A stretch of DNA of 64,000 bases, from IMG/VR virus record IMGVR_UViG_3300011008_002712, one strand, 5' to 3'. Each line of letters opens with the position of its first letter. Positions within the stretch are counted from its first letter, which is position 1. The translations under genes were made by a program, and so were the position numbers. Origin of the DNA: a virus. Its lineage: Duplodnaviria > Caudoviricetes. Under the pieces are notes generated by a model that saw only the letters and a program-made list of their open reading frames with translations, searched no databases and was not told the DNA's origin. Below, piece by piece: positions 60,862 to 64,000 of this stretch.

Positions 60862-62432
60862 CGTCCCCCCCGCCAAGAAGTCTCCCGCCTTTTAGGCGGT
60901 GAGATGAATTGGCGAATTTTTATAAAATAAATGATATACTTTTTTAGTAAAGGAGGTGAATAAGGAATGGCAGTAAAGGTTATAAAAACTAACTTCACGG
61001 CGATACCTGAAGATATAGAACGACTTTTTGCTTGTAACAGAATATCCGGGATGATTTGGAATAAAGTTTTGCAGATAGCCAAAGATTATAGCCTTACTCA
61101 CGATGGCAAATGGGCGGGTATAACTTATCTTCAATCAGCTACAAAAAATATTTATCCTCTACATTCTCAGAGTGTTCAGGCGGTTGTTCATAAATATCTT
61201 TTTGCTAGAGACTCTGCCTACCAAGCCAGACTCAAAGGCTTAAAAAATAAATATCCTTGGTGTTCAAAGAAAAATTTTAACACCAAATGGGTTGACCAAG
61301 CTTTTGCTTTTGATTTCAAAGCAAGAACTTTGACTCTTTCTTTGGGTATCTGGAATCATAAAAAACAGAATCCAATCTTGCTTTCTCTTCCATTAGATGT
61401 CATTACAAAACTAAAAAATATCTCCTCCAAATGTAAAAACGCTATCTCTGAAATAGAATTAATATACGACAATGGCCTTTTTCTTTGTATCACCTATGAT
61501 GATGGGGAAAAAGCTCCTAAAAGCATCGATTCAATCGAAATAGCTGGTGTGGATCTAGGAGAAATCCATACTATAGCAGCCTGTGCTACTAATGGTAAAT
61601 CTATCATCATCACAGGTAGAAAGCTACGTTCCATTCATAGGCTCCGTAATAAATTGATCTCTAAAATCCAAAAAGCACAAGCTAAATGTAAAAAAGGTTC
61701 TCGCTGTTGGAAAAAGTTACAACGTAAAAAGCGGTTTATCCTTTCGAAATCAAAGCACCAAGTAGCATACAAGACACATGAAATAACAAAGAATTTCGTG
61801 GACTGGTGTGTAGAGAATAAAATAACTAAAGTATACTGTGGAGATCCAGAGGGAGTGCAACGCAATACCTCCGGCAGGAAGAAAAAGAACCGCACTACAG
61901 CAAAGAGTAGAAAGAAAATCCGCAAGCGGAAGGTATCTCAGAGACTTTCGAACTGGAATTTTGGGAAGGTAAAAGACTATCTGAGATATAAGCTTCAAAA
62001 CAAAGGGATTACTTTTGAGGAGATAAATGAAGCATATACCTCCCAGACCTGTCCAGTATGCGGTAGGCGGCATAAAACCAGCAGTAGGAATTATGTATGC
62101 ACATGTGGATATAAAGCCCATAGGGATGTACATGGATCGCATAATATCTTATCCCTTGGATTAACAGGGCGTTTTGAAAAAATCTGTGATTTTGAGACAC
62201 AGAAGCCCAAGTATCTACGGCTGACTGCGTGAATAGTCAGAGTTGTATGTAGAAGCTCACGAACCGAGCCACGGTAGGTAATCCCTGCTGCGTAGCCTGT
62301 TTTAGATAACTGAAGAATGAGTACGACAACCTTCGGTTCCGTAGGAAAAGGTCAACACCTTTTCCCTCCGTTCATTCGACATCTATCGTTAAAAACAGGA
62401 AGCCCCCACTTTTTTAAGTGGGGGAGGTTCAC
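60862..62432 (+). mobile_element. TnpB-only IS200/IS605-family element; boundaries defined by the empty paralogous site
   Basis: TTTAA|CGTCCCC...CCCCCACTT..AAGTGGGGGAGGTTCAC|TCATAAAAATG versus empty TTTAA|TCACAAAAATG at 57107-57122. Confidence 0.9.
60967..62232 (+). CDS. tnpB: TnpB
   Basis: LHSQSVQ, GVDLGEIH, EINEAYTSQTCPVCG..CTCG, HRDVHGSHNI. Confidence 0.9.
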   Translation: MAVKVIKTNFTAIPEDIERLFACNRISGMIWNKVLQIAKDYSLTHDGKWAGITYLQSATKNIYPLHSQSVQAVVHKYLFARDSAYQARLKGLKNKYPWCSKKNFNTKWVDQAFAFDFKARTLTLSLGIWNHKKQNPILLSLPLDVITKLKNISSKCKNAISEIELIYDNGLFLCITYDDGEKAPKSIDSIEIAGVDLGEIHTIAACATNGKSIIITGRKLRSIHRLRNKLISKIQKAQAKCKKGSRCWKKLQRKKRFILSKSKHQVAYKTHEITKNFVDWCVENKITKVYCGDPEGVQRNTSGRKKKNRTTAKSRKKIRKRKVSQRLSNWNFGKVKDYLRYKLQNKGITFEEINEAYTSQTCPVCGRRHKTSSRNYVCTCGYKAHRDVHGSHNILSLGLTGRFEKICDFETQKPKYLRLTA

Positions 62433-62653
62433 TCATAAAAATGTTTTGTAATTTCTTCTAAAATTTTATTTCCAGCATCTTGCATTGAAGAATTCCAACA
62501 ATTTTTTAGATTATTTCTGACAAAATTATTAAAATCTTTATCAGCATTAATTTCTTCACTGACATTGATTAAAGAGAATGCTAAATTTTTTAGCATTTCA
62601 TATTGAGTTTTATTCAACTCAAAATCTTTGTTCGCTCTAAGATGTTTTTTCAT
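62429..62653 (-). CDS. Small hypothetical protein whose stop codon is supplied by the IS end
   Basis: 74 aa; TGA at 62431-62429 lies inside the TTCAC end. Confidence 0.65.
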   Translation of the reverse strand: MKKHLRANKDFELNKTQYEMLKNLAFSLINVSEEINADKDFNNFVRNNLKNCWNSSMQDAGNKILEEITKHFYE

Positions 62654-62654
62654 G

Positions 62655-63224
62655 TCAATAATCCATTTTGAAGTCTCTAGATGACCAGAGTTTTACATAT
62701 AACCTGCCAGTGCCAGTCTCATAATCTTCAATATACTCCCCAGTTTCTTCATCTTCATATCCAACATCAATTTGTTCTTCGAATGTATCGAATTCTTGCT
62801 GTTCTAATCCTTCTCCCCATCCATCAGCATATTGTCCTTCAAGATAATCAGCTGTAGATTTTAATATTTTGTCTGTTGGTTTTTCACTATATGTTACTTT
62901 CATAATAGCTGTTTCTGGAGTAAGTCTGAATTCCATGTCTTTAATTGTTGGAATTTCTTCTTTAGCTACATCTAAAATAATTTCTTTAGATGATTCGAAA
63001 CTACTTTCAGCACATTTTTTAGCTTCATCATAAAATTCTTCCCAAAATTTTGCCGATTCTTCTTCCATACCGCCAGCATCTGGATATTCTACCCATACTT
63101 TCCATTCTGATTTGAATTCTTTTACAGTATCATCACTAGCATGGTGTTTTCTATATATAGAATGTTTGGTTAATGGAATATTTTCAAATGATTTTTTCTT
63201 TAAATGTTTTCTTATAATATTCAT
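62655..63224 (-). CDS. Acidic hypothetical protein, paralog of 57278-57808
   Basis: YLEGQYADGWGEGLEQ motif; GAGG RBS. Confidence 0.75.
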   Translation of the reverse strand: MNIIRKHLKKKSFENIPLTKHSIYRKHHASDDTVKEFKSEWKVWVEYPDAGGMEEESAKFWEEFYDEAKKCAESSFESSKEIILDVAKEEIPTIKDMEFRLTPETAIMKVTYSEKPTDKILKSTADYLEGQYADGWGEGLEQQEFDTFEEQIDVGYEDEETGEYIEDYETGTGRLYVKLWSSRDFKMDY

Positions 63225-63369
63225 TTACATAACCTCTTTTTGTTAGTTTTCTATTTTCAATATATAAAATATGTGCAATTTTATTTTTGTAAGTAGAAAT
63301 TGTTACATTATAAAAAAATTTAATTTTTATATAATGTTTTAAATGGAAAATAAGAAAGGTGAGAATCAT

Positions 63370-63651
63370 ATGGATTTTGTAAAACTGATAGAAGCTATAA
63401 AAGACAAGAAAAACATTGAAGCTCTTGCAACAGAAGAAGCAAAGAAAAAATTGTTAATATATTTGAATGACAATATTTTACCAGCTGCAAGACAAATTGC
63501 TGATGAATATATAGCAAAATTAAATGATCAAAGCAAAACAGAAAGTGGTTGGCTGATGTTTAGAGACAGCGTATTTATACCAACTGTCATAAAGATTGGA
63601 TTGTATTTGTTTGAACATTCAACAAGAATCATGATAGAAAAAACAAAGTGA
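63370..63651 (+). CDS. Hypothetical protein
   Basis: ATG after AAGGTGAG; ESGW..FRD..FIP motif. Confidence 0.6.
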   Translation: MDFVKLIEAIKDKKNIEALATEEAKKKLLIYLNDNILPAARQIADEYIAKLNDQSKTESGWLMFRDSVFIPTVIKIGLYLFEHSTRIMIEKTK

Positions 63652-63661
63652 GGTTCAAAAT

Positions 63662-64000
63662 ATGAAACATTTATGTAAAAAAATAGCAACTGTATCAGAA
63701 GATGATATTTCTCGTTTAGAAAACAATGTTATTTATGCATTGAATAATGTAAATAATTTTTTTAAATTAGTTGAAGAAGAAAAAGCAAAAGACTTTTCTA
63801 ATAAGATTAAAGACAGACTTCAAAATTATAAAACTAAAGAAGATTTAGAAGACATCTATGCATTGCTGAAAGCTATGTACAACGGCTTGAAGTATGTAAC
63901 AAAAATCGAAAGTACTTTAATTTCTATTGAAGATGCGATGAAGCGAGTTAATATTTTATCTGCTGGACTAGACAAAAACGAAAAGATTAAATTACAATGA
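63662..64000 (+). CDS. Hypothetical protein
   Basis: 112 aa; GAGG RBS; stop at the window end. Confidence 0.6.
   Translation: MKHLCKKIATVSEDDISRLENNVIYALNNVNNFFKLVEEEKAKDFSNKIKDRLQNYKTKEDLEDIYALLKAMYNGLKYVTKIESTLISIEDAMKRVNILSAGLDKNEKIKLQ

Noticed and set aside
1-64000. Alternative genetic code (stop-codon reassignment)
   Set aside because: Genes are long and densely packed under code 11, with no systematic fragmentation.

Overview
This is an AT-rich segment of a large (jumbo-type) contractile-tailed phage genome. The host is probably a Firmicute or Negativicute (inferred from gene content). From 1 to ~37 kb is a minus-strand virion module: three paralogous ~2,200-aa tape-measure-like proteins with different cell-wall hydrolase domains, two tail chaperones, two tube paralogs, one sheath and neck/head-tail proteins. 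It is interrupted by a TnpB and homing-endonuclease-like genes. From ~32 to 51 kb are accessory genes (NadE, histidine phosphatase, metallophosphatase, NlpC/P60, hypotheticals). From 52 to 56.5 kb is an unusual diversity-generating retroelement (DGR). Its RT is separated from the template-repeat (TR) RNA by an oppositely oriented NAD kinase operon, and no avd or target gene is visible in the window. Directly upstream lies an intact IscB whose omegaRNA guide position matches the TR at 14/15 nt, and the TR leader carries a 15-nt perfect antisense to the TR. This IscB-DGR link is the best candidate for an undescribed system. From 56.9 to 63.3 kb is a tandem duplication holding two IS200/IS605-type TnpB elements and a TnpB remnant. 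All calls come from reading motifs by eye; no database searches were run.
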